A DNA stretch of 64,000 bases from Podarcis melisellensis (Eukaryota): the NCBI GenBank assembly GCA_964234715.1, contig OZ174280.1; one strand, 5' to 3'. Under the pieces are notes generated by a model. The model was not told the DNA's origin and ran no database searches. It worked only from the letters and a program-made list of their open reading frames with translations. Both the position numbers and the translations under genes were made by a program. Positions 1 to 12,800 of this stretch are shown in pieces; position 1 is the stretch's first letter, and every line of letters starts with the position of its first letter.

Positions 1-27
1 GCAATAAAAGGATATCATTTCTCACAG

Positions 28-210
28 GCAAAAGAAACAGTCAAACATTATCTTTATTAGAGCCAACTAAAAGGTCACAAAAAGTGATCAAGCTTTCAAG
101 TTTTCGATGGCTTGCTCACTTCTCTAAGATCTTTTAGTTGGTCCTCATAAAGATATACTGCACTGTTCCTTTTGGACTATTTTTTTTAATGGGCGAACAT
201 GGCTTTCTAC
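28..210. mobile_element. Old, degraded Penelope-like inverted-repeat fragment
   Basis: Arms atctttattagagccaactaaaag / cttttagttggtcctcataaagat, and a tail resembling the young element at 31123-31341. Confidence 0.5.
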
Positions 211-519
211 AATTTCCTTCTGCTTTGGAGATTTCCTAATATATGTGTAATTACATGGAATTGCTGTTCTTCCACTCATTGAAGATCTTTTGACTGACTG
301 ATTGATGTTTTTGTAAATGGAAGAGGAGGGAAGGCAATTTTGGTTGGCCTGCCATTCACCCTGCAGCCTCCCATGTCACCTTTCACCTTGTCATAGGTGG
401 CTCAGTCCCTGACTTTCCCTCTGCTAAGTGAGGAAGGTCTGCAGGGTGCTTCTACTCTTCACAAAACCAGGACCTTTGAAACAGATTGTGCAAGACTTTA
501 TACTCAAGGTGGTGTATAT

Positions 520-686
520 GGTTCCCCCCCTTCCTAAATTAATCCTCACAACCTCCCTGTCACGTAGGTTAGGCTGAGAGGCAGTGACTGGTCCAAGGTC
601 ACCCAGTAAGCTAAATGGCAAAGTGGGGATTGGAACACTGATCTCCTGGGTCCTAGTTCAACACCCTAACCATTACACCACACTGG
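520..686 (-). mobile_element. tRNA-derived CORE-type SINE (Squam3/MIR-like)
   Basis: Minus strand reads ccagtgtggtgtaatggttag (A box), gttccaatccc (B box), ctgggtgaccttggaccagtcac (CORE). Confidence 0.8.
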
Positions 687-1024
687 TGCTACTCAACACG
701 GAGAGGGCTGAGGACTGAGGGGAGAACAACAGGTGCAAGCACACTGTAAGAAGCCTTGCATGCATGCTCCTGCCCCCATCCCCACTTTGAGCATACTCAT
801 ATATAGGTGAATGTTGGAACATGGTCTAGGTGCCCTTCTAAGTACGTCTGAGCATTTGAACACATACTTTAAATAAGCGTATAGAGCTGTTAAATACCAT
901 CTGAAATGAGGACCAGGCAACGTTAAGACTTCTGTGGAAACAAGCACTGAACTCTCCTCTCTTTTCTCTTTCAGATGCTGGCATCAACTTTGAACCATAA
1001 CAAATGGTAATGGCAAAGGATGTA

Positions 1025-1250
1025 CAGTGGTACCTCGGGTTAAGTACTTAATTCATTCCGGAGGTCCGTTCTTAACCTGAAACTGTTCTTAACCTGAAGC
1101 ACCACTTTAGCTAATGGGGCCTCCTGTTGCTGCCGCGCCGCCGGAGCACGATTTCTGTTCTCATCCTGAAGCAAAGTTCTTAACCTGAAGCACTATTTAT
1201 GGGTTAGTAGAGTCTGTAACCTGAAGCGTATGTAACCCAAGGTACTACTA
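1025..1250. mobile_element. Tc1-mariner/Tigger-like MITE, copy 1
   Basis: TA flanks; TIRs CAGTGGTACCTCGGGTTA / TAACCCAAGGTACTACTA; internal ttcttaacctga repeats; second copy at 61492-61733. Confidence 0.9.
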
Positions 1251-3555
1251 TACAAGTATTGCACAGCATTCTAATGCTCTTTAACCTTGTTACACAGTTG
1301 CAAACAACTCCAAGTTGTTAATGATTTCAAAATGCAGTTGTAAGCATTTATTGTATATTTTTATTGAGTCAGAGAGTAACGAGGAGTTGGCTCAACCCTC
1401 TACACCAATGCAGGTAATACCTATCATAGTGCCTTTCCCATTTTAGGTGCTTTGGGATGTCACTGATATTTTAAAAGCTACAAGTTATCTCTAGAATAAG
1501 TTAATCTTTGTATTTACTGTAGAAGTTTGTATTTACAGTAGGGTTATGATACTGACTTTGTCAGCCAAGGATATATGTCAAAGTGACTGGAATGTACAAG
1601 AAGGAATTAATGAATTCATATTTACTGGAGACGTGAACCTATTTCAATATTTATTGGGATACCTAGACTGGTGGCTTTACTCATATTTTGCTACTGACAA
1701 ACCATTTTGTCAAAGCAGTGTGCTGTATTCTGAGCCACTTCAAAGTTTCCATAATTTGAGATGTCAAGAAGAGCAATATTACATCTCATTTTTGGGCATG
1801 CTGAATGTATACAATTCTTAATCAATGTGATTTGAAATCTATTGCTAAGGGCAACTGGACCAATGCTGCACTAATCCCGTCTACTACTGAGGCAACTGGA
1901 CTAATGCCAATTTTGTTGCACTCGTCAACAATCAAACTATCACAGCATGCTAAGGCAGGTGACTGTTTAATCCAACCAAGTAAAAAAGCAGGGGCAGGCT
2001 TCTTCATACTTGCCTCCTCTATTTGAAGTGGTGGCAAAGGGAGTGATTCTGTGATGTCATTAATATAGCCAAATCTCATTGGCTAAACGGTACAGTAATG
2101 CCATCACTCTAAGAACATATTCTCTGAATGGCTGGGTGTTTGTATGTGTATGTGAATGAGTGATAGAGATTCTGTGAATATTCTTCCTGCTCAAAGCTTC
2201 TCTTTTGCATAGAAAATATCAAAGCCATCCAAATTACTGAACACTTCTACTACTTTAAGCTACTACTATCCTGTTTGCCCTGTTGCTGCAGATCCCTCTG
2301 CTTATGCCCCAGTAACTGCAGCATATTGCACTGACGGTGTAAGTTAAATCAACTCACACACTGTCTGGGGGAAAGCTAAAGTGGCTGCCTAAGGACATTA
2401 TCTTCTGTATTTTTTCAGGGTAGATCATGAGCAGATACTACTTGCAACAAGTCCCCTTTAACCTTTCAGAATCGGTTAAATAAATACTTGATTATGACAT
2501 TACAGAGTCAGAATTAAACTAAGAGTACTAATGGGACTTAAGAATGTTGCAGGTTATAACTTTGAATAAAAAGTTATACCATTTGATGGCATTCTTCCAC
2601 AGTGTCACAGAGATCTAACTCAATAGAATACTATTCTTAAAATTAAAAAAAGCAAAGGCTACTTTCTGAAGGCAATTGCTTTTGTGTGAGGTGGTAAGAC
2701 TGTTCTTAAAGCGTAAGAAAACTGTTAGAGAAGAAGATCTTTAGGTATTTAGAGAAGCATCACGCTTTAGATGTAAAATCTTTGCTTCAGCTTTTTTCAA
2801 GGAAGGAAGAAGATCTGTAACATGGCAGCCATCTCTGAATGGTTTTTTCCACTTTGGTTCCACTGAAAATGAGATTACATGCTTGGATGGGGATAAACCT
2901 AATTAGCGGATAATGGGATTCCTTCACAGACATTTTATACTATCTACAAGAGTTGACTCATCTGCATTATTACACGTTTCTTTGCTGTTTTGAGGGGGGA
3001 AATCCTGTAAAACAAAGGCAACAAGCACAAATCTTTCTTTTTGTAGGAATTGTCTCATTTTGATCTGCAAATTCCCAATACATAATAAACAGGGCAGAGA
3101 AATTAAAACAGAGTTGTATCATTATTTTTGTACTTCAGTATAATTAAGAATTAACACCATCTGGAGCACTTTTCAATGTACAAAGAACTTTACAATTCTT
3201 ATTCTTATCCTGTCAGGGGATTTCAGTCTAAATATAGTGATACTGTTAGAAGCGCAAAGTTAAGAAGAGGCTTGATCAGACTATGCTAGAAAGACCCTTG
3301 AATAAACTGAATGGGGATGGACTCAAATTTGAAAAAACACTTCCATAGAAGTTAAGCTCAAGTTCACTTTTTCAGACTTCATAGACCCAGCGGTTTGCTT
3401 GAGTACTAAAAAGCACTGGCTTTGTACGTAAGGTTAATAACTGTAGCTATATGTTTGTTTAAAATATATTGCCTTTGATCATGAGATAAGAGGGGAGGAG
3501 CACTCCCTCCCATGCTGTTCTGGAGGGTCTCGCACTGTTGTGCACTGCCCTGAGC

Positions 3556-3647
3556 CATAGCTGTCAACTTCCCCCCTTTTTTAAGGGAAATCCTATTCGG
3601 AATAAGGGAATTTCCCTTTTTAAAAAAGGGAAACTTTGACAGCTATG
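3556..3647. mobile_element. 92-bp hairpin MITE, probably hAT
   Basis: Perfect 12-bp TIR CATAGCTGTCAA/TTGACAGCTATG; flanks ccctgagc / cctgaagt only partly alike. Confidence 0.75.
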
Positions 3648-5759
3648 CCTGAAGTCTGATATGATGAAGGGTGACATAATCAGGTTTTAAAAAATAATTA
3701 GAAACCCTGTCGCCTGCTCTAGACAGTCAGGATAAAGCGAATAAACAAATAAATAAATATACAACAACACTGATTAGAAATTAGTTGCTCAAGGCTGTTC
3801 TACAGCAAGCAGGTGTTTCATAACATTTAAGAAATGGTTAACATTTACAATTCCTTAATCATACAGCATCTTATGTGATTAGTCCTGGAGTGTACTCAGC
3901 TCCATATAAAAGCCTATTATAGTCAAATGGCCTAGCATTTTGCAGGAAGAGCTCAGAGTGTAAAGGATGAGACCATTAACTTTATAATTAAAAGGAACTA
4001 CCTGATGCTACATTACAACTGCTGATCACTATCATCCAGACTGTCAAAAAAGAGTATTCAATACTTAATTAGACAGCTGTTCCATAGGATTACAAATTCT
4101 CATATTTAAAAAAAGCAGCACAGAAGCACCTTAAATAGTAATAGGAGAACCTTCTTCAGGAACATGCTGTGGAAGGACTTTGAAGGAGAAGAGTTTAAAG
4201 CTCTTGCTAGAGCATTGATAAACAGCAGTGTGAAAAGCTAGGGAAACTTTGGAAAGTCTCTTAGCTGGAATGCGGGCTAAATGACGGGAACACAGAGGAT
4301 TCCAAACCAAACCATTACAAATTCTAATGTCTGCAGTAATTTCTGCTCATTTAGAAAAATTGTATTTTGTTTTATTATTCTGAAAACTTTGTTCTGACTT
4401 CAGAATGGGTTTGAGGTTTCCCCACAAATTTAAAAAATTCTGTCTCATGGTGGGTGCTGATGTATTCTTAGGCAAATTATTCAGATTGCATAAGTTTGAT
4501 TACCAACCCTTTTGCTTTCTAATTGTAGAATAAAAAAAAAGGCCCAATGCCACAATAGCTGCCAGCGTCCCACATCCTTAGAAGCATTTAGAAACAGAGT
4601 TTCCCAGAAAGTTTTGCCCCCTGAATGTTCTTCAGCCGCAATGAGAAACAAAATGGAAAAAATGCATGTTACTTAGTACAAAATTATAAATCCCCCACAA
4701 AGGTTGATTACAGATGCTACACGTATATGCTAATCCAAAAGTAATGAATGGTTTTTCAGAGTATCTCACTGTAAAAATGGCAGCATAGTTCATATTCTTA
4801 ATGAGGAAACGGTGAGGACAAAATAGAACAGTAACTGACTTCAGTATAGGAATAAGAAAGCAACCAAAGCCTTTTATCCTGATAGCAAATTCACAAATAC
4901 TACAGAGTAGTAGGCATAACTAACAAGAACTTGTGCATTGCTAGTTGCAAATAGTGGGCTTGCTTAACAATAGCCAGCTTGAAGTTGGCTTGTTTAGCAA
5001 CTGACCAACTGACCTGGCTGGCACACAACACCAGACTGAGATTAATTGAAATGAGAAGACGTATTCCTATGGACGCATAGCGCAAGAAGGGGGTGTGGAA
5101 AAGCATGAAAGCTATGGTTTAGTGTTATGTGTGAAGCAGCCCAGTGACTTAAGGCAGGCTTATTGCATTTAGGCCATGAAGTCATTAGAGAAGAATGCTT
5201 ATTGCTGCTTCTACAAAAGCAAATATGAAAGCAAGCTAATTCAGTTTGGGCCAAGCTACGTGAAAAAAACAACACAATATGGGACTCTGTTTAAGACGTC
5301 ACACTCTAACCAACAGAGCTATGTTTTCACACAACAACAAATGTTATCTGCTCTCGAGCCAAGTCAAAATGGTAACAAATGACATGGAGTTAAACTGACT
5401 TCAGTTTGAAGGAGAATACAGACATTTTAACTATGTGTACACACAAAATACTCAAGAGTAATCAAAGCATATGTTAGAAGTGGAGGCAGTCAGTTTTAGT
5501 TTGAGATCCATTTTCAAATACACATTTCTATTTAATTACTCCTATGCTAGGGGAGCATTCACATGAGCAGGCATGGCAGCTTTTCAGTACTATAACAAAC
5601 ATAATTTATCCATGCTGTACTATTACGTGCAGATCATTATGCTGCAGACTGATTAGAACACACAAATGTTGTATGTGCTTGAGGTATGCAGAACAACCCA
5701 TACATTGTAACTTGATAAATAAGCAGAATAGGAATGCCAAAGGAAGTTCTTTTACTTAC

Positions 5760-5975
5760 GTCTCTCCTGGGAAAAGTCCCTAGTAGCTTGAATTCTTCCC
5801 AAGGATATCCCTTGGAAGCCACAAAATCAAAGACGACCTGCAGCTTGCTATTGGCAAGGAAACGTCGTTCAAAGAATTCTCCACTAGGTGTTCGGATACG
5901 CAGCTTACTCACTGATTCCGGGCTCTCATCCTTTGGCTCTGGAGGCAAAGCCTGCTCTAGAGATAGCCTAATAGC
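5760..5975 (-). CDS. FAF1: FAF1 coding exon (exon 18 equivalent), UBX domain AIRLSLEQALPPEPK...LLGTFPRRD
   Basis: Acceptor cttcag|GCT, donor GAC|gtaagt; 216 bp; contains the UBX FPR p97/VCP-binding loop. The final coding exon was not found in 1-5759. Confidence 0.97.
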
Positions 5976-8917
5976 CTGAAGAAAGAAGAAGGACACATAG
6001 GTTTTTAGCAACTTTCCCTTTTCTTTCTGTAACTTAGTTACTGAGACTGCTACTGCATTGTATCTGGTTAATTTTAACTCAGTGTCCCATCAATGGCTGC
6101 TATGGTTGGAAAAGAGAGACGAAGGAACTCCCAAGTGCTTGAAGATGAATCTATTTCAGGCCTAACACATTTTGGAATAAGACTTTGGGGGGGGGGCAAG
6201 CTTTGAATAGTAATTTTAATTAAATGCATAAACCAGTTTATATTTTTCCTGTTGCAAATTGTCCCAGATGCATTGTCCCAGAAATCAATCTCTTTCAAGC
6301 ACCTGATTTTGTGGTTGCTTTTCTGCTGTGGTCAAAAAGGCCTCTCCAAGATGTTTGACTACGTTCTATTACATTCTGTGAAGCAACGTGTCTTAGGAAA
6401 TAGGCAACCTCTTACTACATGTTGCAACATTTCCCCAACATCTAGGCTATATATACCGGAAGGAGCGTCTCCACCCCAATCGCTCAGCAAGGTCCTCTTC
6501 TGAGGGTCTTTATCACCGAGATTTCATCCTGAGTGAACAAGGCAGCACAGACCCTACAACTCAAGAGAAGTAGCCCATCCAAGCTGCCTATCAACTTCTC
6601 CTGACTTAGAAGGATGATAAAGGATTTATAGTTCAGGCTGTAACTTTGGGCCACTGCACCTGGCTCTTTACTCCTAGCTCTTGGTACTTGGCTCTTACTC
6701 TGCCAAGAATCAAGGGCTGTCCTGTCCTTATTAAGGTATGACAGTGCTGGAGGTCCTGCTTCCTTTGGCCTGTCCTCCATAAACTTGGCTAGAGTGAAGT
6801 AGCAGGAGGAAAATGCTTTTCTCTTATCTATTTCTAATTTTAAGCATGCAAAAAGCCCCATTTTTGGAAAGCAAATTCTTCTCCAAGTATTCAGGTTGAC
6901 ATCTTGTGTCAGAAGAACTTCCTTTCCACACTGCAGTTCTATGATGTATATTTCAATATCACATCCATCTTTATTCATTTCTTAATAACAGCTCAGAAAA
7001 CAACTAATTAAAATAAATCCTCCTCTTATAACACATTATTAAACCTATAGTTTACTGCATAGTGGTGATAGGTAATTTAATTGTTGGGCAGAAAGGGCTT
7101 AGGGAATTTTGATTGAGGGAATAATTGTCAAGTGCCAAATTGCTTTTTAAAGCATAAAATCAAAACCATTAAATATTTAGACTAATTAATTAATTAATTA
7201 AAATCCTGTAACCATCTCACAGGCAAAATGCTTGACCAGATAACACAATAAATACACAAGACCAGATAATGCAAAAAACACCTGAACTCTTTACAAAGAA
7301 ACCTGCAATAAAATTATCTGAACAATGATTTGAGTAATCCTATATACACACTTACTCTGGGAGCAAGTCCCATTGAATTCAGTGGGGCTAATTTCTGAGC
7401 AGACATGTACGAGATAACACCGTTAAGTTAACTGATGTGAAGCTGCTTTTCAGGTATACACTAACAGTGCAATCATATACATGCTTATTCAAAAGTTAGC
7501 CTCACTGAGTTCAGTGGGACTTGCTATTTATATAATTTCATTGAAATGAAGCTACTTCGAAGATATGCACTACATTAAACAAACCTTTTATAAATAAATT
7601 TGATTTGAAATGCTATTGCTGCCTGCTAGATCTTTTAAATGTATGAACTGAGTAATGAAATTCCAATTATTTTAGTCAGCCTTCGGAATGCTCAAGCTTC
7701 TTTAGATTCTGCCCAATGGGTTTAGGACTGGAGTGGACAGAAAGTTGAAAAGATATATGAGCGACTGAGATATCAATCATAACGAGAATCAAAGACCAAC
7801 AGGACAAAGCATGAATCCAAGCACTTAGGCTTGTGCAAGGCAGCCCTCTCAAATTCTGCCCAATTCTAGCGTCCTACTGGAACCCCCTCGTACCCTCTTC
7901 CATTCATTTCATAGGGTCACTGAACTATCAGGAGCATTATTTGGGGTGCGTAGGAACCTTTAGTGGGGAGGAAGGGCCCAAAACACCCTTCTTCAAGAAC
8001 TGAATTCTGCTTGTGTTTCTGTGGAACCAACCCTTAAAATGTATTTTGGTCTACTGGTTTTTTTTAAAAAAGGGTATTTTTTTATTATCTTTGTCCATGT
8101 TTTCTACTCAAGCACCTGCTTTTTATCCTTGTGTGTTGACATTTTCCATTGCTGTACAACAGATGCAACATTATTTACTAAACCCAAGCCATTATATCAG
8201 AGGAAAACAAACAACAGTAGCTCATTAGAGTTGTTTTCATTGTGCAAACAATACTCCACCCCCCCTCAAAGTAACCAGTCTCCAGTACTAAAGCATAAAA
8301 ATAGCTATTTACAATGGATATTCTACACCACCGGACTAACTTAAAGGACAATGATGCTTAGAGTAAAGTTAACAACTCATGGATCTGCATTTTACTGATT
8401 AAAAATATATATTCAGTATGTGAATCGGGTGGATGATTTTCAAATAGACAGGCTAAGCCAAACGTCTGTCAGGTAAGCAAACACTATTGCACAACAAGAG
8501 ACTGTAGGTAATCCACGCACTTGGACATGGGGAGTGTTAGTAAACAGCATGGCTAACAATGCTTTTGTATTGCTATACAAATATATCTTATTTTCTTTTC
8601 ATTATAGCAATCTGCATTAAATCGAGGAGGCCAGTTGCAGGTTGAAATGAGGACTGGTTCTGCAGCTCTGAGTAAGAAAACAGTTTATAAAAGGCCATTG
8701 TATCTGAAAGAAAGGTTATGCAGCACAATAACAGTGCACCTATATGGGCAGTATTTATTTTAGAGAGGGACAGAAGCCATTTTGTGCAAGCAGAGTTTTT
8801 TTAAATAGAATATACACTGATGGATTTATATTTTTACTTTGACACTGCCATTGTGATTATGTGTGCAAATTAACATAGGGGTGCCACTAACTATATGTTC
8901 AAGGTAAAATGTCTCAC

Positions 8918-8995
8918 TTCACGTTCTTCTTCCTGTTCTTTCTTAATCTGCTCCAGACGAAACTGCTCTGCAATTTCTCTCTCTTGTGCTTCTCT
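8918..8995 (-). CDS. FAF1: FAF1 coding exon (exon 17 equivalent), REAQEREIAEQFRLEQIKKEQEEERE, coiled coil
   Basis: Acceptor ctgcag|AGA, donor GAA|gtgaga; 78 bp; translated by hand. Confidence 0.96.
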
Positions 8996-9418
8996 CTGCA
9001 GGGATGAAATAAACAAGTCACTTCAGATATCATTTATCATTAAGGTACACTCTCATATTCCAATGGCCCTCATTTTCCTACTAATTATACCATGCAAAAT
9101 ATTGGATGTCCAAACTGGGAATGTTCCACAGTTTTCATGGTTTCTCTCAGAGGAAGGCTGCTTTTGGATTACTAGAAAAAGGAGAAATGCATCACAAGGA
9201 GGAAGGGCAAAATAAGACTCTAATTTGCATAAAATATACATATATTGATAAGTGTGTGTATTGATACAAATTTAGAAATAACACCACTCATGGCTGCCAC
9301 ACTTTCTCAACTAGAGAATAAGCTTAATATCATAATGTAATTCCTGGTCTCAAAAGAGTTCATAAAAATATCTTAATTCATCACTAAATCACATTCTCTA
9401 GTATAGAACTGTACACAC

Positions 9419-9499
9419 CTTTGCTCTATCGGCTTCAAGAGAGATTCTGTAAGCTTCATCTTGTTCTCTTTTCACATTCTCTCGGGCCTCACGTTCATC
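9419..9499 (-). CDS. FAF1: FAF1 coding exon (exon 16 equivalent), DEREARENVKREQDEAYRISLEADRAK, coiled coil
   Basis: Acceptor taccag|GAT, donor AAG|gtgtgt; 81 bp; translated by hand. Confidence 0.96.
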
Positions 9500-9554
9500 C
9501 TGGTATGGGAAAAGGAGGCCAAGAATCAGATTAGGATCCCAAAATTATGTATTA

Positions 9555-9710
9555 CATTTATTCATTCATATCCCATCTTTTCTCCATGGAACTCAAGGTG
9601 GGATACTTAGTTCTCCTCCCCACACCCCTGCGATGTAGGTTAGGCGAAGAGACAGTGACTGGTCTCCCAGGTCTTAGTACAGCACTCTAACCGCTACACC
9701 ACATGGGCTC
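9555..9710 (-). mobile_element. CORE-type SINE with internal deletion (same family as 520-686)
   Basis: Shares gtaggttaggc..gaga.cagtgactggt and ctaacc.ctacaccaca with the copy at 520-686. Confidence 0.7.
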
Positions 9711-9934
9711 CTCTATTAGGTGGCAATAATGTTTGGATTAATATCCCAAGTGATTGCTTCTTCCACTGCAGAATGAAGAACTAGAAGAAAGCATCTAGCT
9801 TAACAATAAAAACAAAACAAATAAAAAGCCTAATAAACCAAGAAATCATAATCTAAGTCATTAGTTTATTATAATGAATTATAATTTTATAATGAATGAT
9901 TTTAGAATGTTGTTTGTGCTGTACTTTTGTACTG

Positions 9935-9996
9935 TTTTATTGTTGTTAGCCGCCCTGAGCCCGGCTTCGGCTGGGAAGGGTGGGATATAAATAAAA

Positions 9997-10030
<34 letters not shown>
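9935..10030 (+). mobile_element. L2/SINE 3' tail ending in (TTA)n
   Basis: ttagccgccctgagccc...gggtgggatataaataaa followed by a long (tta)n run. Confidence 0.7.
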
Positions 10031-10031
<1 letters not shown>

Positions 10032-11399
10032 GCTAGGTCACTATGCCATTCAGGTTAGTCACATTATATGGAGTCTGATCCAATGCATGTTTATGCAGAA
10101 GTGTGTTCTACTAAATTCAATGGATCTTACTCCCAAAGTAAGTATGCATTGGACAGTAGCCTATTAGAAAATCTGTATATTCAACCTGGGCTCATTTTGT
10201 AGGGATCTGAAAAACTATTCAAATTGCAACAGTCTCTTACCAATTTAAATCAACTCTAAAGCAATTGAAGACAGTAGTAGAAACAGAAACAGAACTCTGG
10301 GGTAACACAACCCATTGATTTATTTCCATGATGTGGCTACTCTAAATTCCAAATATGGACAAAAATGACAAATAAAGGAATGAGAGACAAGTTCAGTTTC
10401 TGAGGCCAGAAAATAGGCTCTAGCTGATCTAAGCAAGTGTTATCATGCTGCTTGATTCCATCAGATTTCCTCATGGTAAAAATCTCACTGATTCACATAT
10501 TTAGGGTTAGGAAAGGAACTTTCTTCCCAATCAAAGTGCTTTCGGTGTTGCCTTCCCTAGTACCAACTCTCTTGCTTCAATCACCTGGAGTACATCTGCT
10601 CTCTGCCAAGTTTGCACTGCACCATGTCTTTGAGCATGAGACATGAGCATGATGACACATGATCCAAATAGCTTAACAACTGATGACCAGTCTTTGTTGC
10701 TGCTTTGTATTTGTCAAACACCCCAGCGTTTAAACAGGATTTATTTAGGGAGGAATAAAGGTACTAAATTATTTCACACTAAGGACTACTCCTGCCTTAA
10801 TAAGACTCTAAATCACCACTTAAAATCAGTGGGTTATTAAAAATTATTTTTTGGCAAATATGTATTTGTGACATAAATAAAGCCAGCAATGCTTCACTTT
10901 TGTAACAATATAATTATACAGCTGATGATGATGATTTCACAGCTTTAAATAAATTGTATTTGAAATCCAGCTGAATAATTTGAAGAATGAAGAATAAATT
11001 GAATGAAGGCTGCCCTTCATTCTTATAGATAAGAGGGCTGTAGACAGTAGGCATAAATAAAATTAAACATTGCTGTATCAATACAGTATCATACATAAAA
11101 TAAGGCAACCATTTTCATAAAAGAATTAGACACAATGAAACTCACTCAGAGCAGACTAAATGGCTTTCAAGACTAGCTTCCAAATTCCTTGGCAAACAAT
11201 TATATTTTGACATGGCATACAGACTACAGTATTATTATAAAGTCAGCACAAGTTAGTGTCCTTTGGAGAAGTATTTCGAAGGTGGGAGAGCACCACAGAG
11301 AAGGCTCTCCTACAAGGTTCTTAAGGCACAGAGTATGTGGGTCCCAAGGCATATATTGCTTTAACAGTAAGCACTAGCACCAAAAAGTGGGCTTCAGGT

Positions 11400-11512
11400 G
11401 AAAAGGCAGTCAACATAATCAATGCAATGTAATTCCATCTGGCTGCACCACCTAGCAGCTTCGTTCTGTACCAGTTGAAGCTTCTGAGTAGCTTTCAGGG
11501 ATAGCACCATGC
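11400..11512 (-). mobile_element. L2 LINE fragment
   Basis: gttctgtaccagttgaagcttctgagtagctttcaggg resembles the L2 ORF2 C-terminal KLQLVQN region. Confidence 0.5.
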
Positions 11513-11532
11513 ACAAGCTGAAGTGGCTAAGC

Positions 11533-11619
11533 ATCATCCCTCACCATTGTCTATACGGACTGAGGCTGAAGGGAGCTGGAGTCCCAACAACATCTGGAAG
11601 GCCACAGGTTAGCCACCAC
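11533..11619. mobile_element. Partial hAT-Charlie-type palindromic MITE
   Basis: gggagctggagtcccaacaacatctggaaggccacaggtt matches the right half of the copies at 21640 and 52726. Confidence 0.7.
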
Positions 11620-12594
11620 TGCATTAGAGTAAACCAAATCAAAGGTTACCAGAGCATGGTTCCTTGTGGCAAGGCTATTCCTGTTCTCAGCTGTATTTTT
11701 CCAGTCAGACAGTTTCACGCATTTCCCTTAGGTTTAGTTCTTCTTGGCATTATTTAAACGGGATATGCAAGGGATGTCAGGAATGTAACAATACATTATG
11801 CATGACTGCCTCTCTGGGACAAAGGTGTGAAATGGCACAGCTAAACCTCCATTTCAAAGGGAACAGTTTCCTAAGCAGATGTACCTTCTAAATCAAGTTC
11901 ATGGTTAGACAATGGAAAATTGTTTATCTAAGTAAGAGATTTAACTATCTAAAATATTTGCATAGGTTTTTTTTAAAAAAAATACTATGTTTTAATTAAG
12001 ATTAATGTTGCATTGCAAAGTAAGCAATCCGCAGTACAGGACTTCATCAGTGTGAGATTACAGAGAATATTATGATACCCTTTCATACTTGCAAAAATAA
12101 ATATTTGCATACCGCCAGCAACAGCCCTGCTCCCAAGGTTTCTTGGCCCCTTGGAGCATCAGCAAAGGACATGTCTCTCTTGCAGTGCTTCCCCCTGCAA
12201 TTATGTTGTGCCTTTGCAATGCCAAAGTAGACCCAGCTTTACTAAGAAAACTATGCACCTGCCCTCCTCCCCTTCTTCCTCATCTGTGAGAGTTCCTCTT
12301 ACAACCTGCAGAGTTAGATGTTCGTTTTATTTATTTATGGGACTTAGAACCCAGCTTTTAACAGCTTAAATGAAGCATCATATGAACACTGCACAGCAGC
12401 AGCCTCTCTTCACAACAAGGTGTATGAGCAAATTTCTTTACTCTTGCTACCTACTTGATCAGATGTGCAACAGCACTGAGTGAGTGCTTACCAACATGAG
12501 CACAAACCAACCTTTGTAACAGAGAAAAAGTTCTTACTGCCATTTAAAAGCCAGCTGATTATGCCATGTTTTGGATTTCATCTACTCCTTAAGA

Positions 12595-12800
12595 GCAGGG
12601 CCTTTTCTATTACAGCATGGTGCTTTGGAACTCACTTCCAAAGGAAGTTCATATAAGCTAGCCTTTAAAAAGATAAGCATTTAAAAAAAAAATTGGACCT
12701 TACTTCCTATTGTTTTATTGCTTGCCCTTGTTGGTTCAGTGCTTTATTTTAATTTTGTAAACTTGTCTAATGTACCTATGAAAGTAGAGCATCAATAAAA
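12595..12800 (+). mobile_element. L2 3' fragment, degraded
   Basis: agggccttttct...tggaactcacttcc (RAFS..WNSLP motif) followed by an AT-rich tail. Confidence 0.5.

Noticed and set aside
925-950. Minus-strand LFPQ resembling the last FAF1 exon (LFPQETLFL)
   Set aside because: Flanking residues do not match; the true last exon is presumably beyond the window start.
5699-5711. DMRT-like site (gttacaatgtat; also at 59743-59754)
   Set aside because: Short AT-rich motif expected by chance in 64 kb; no conservation evidence available.
6484-6978. 164-aa minus-strand ORF
   Set aside because: No recognisable homology; FAF1 exons 17 and 18 join in frame without it.
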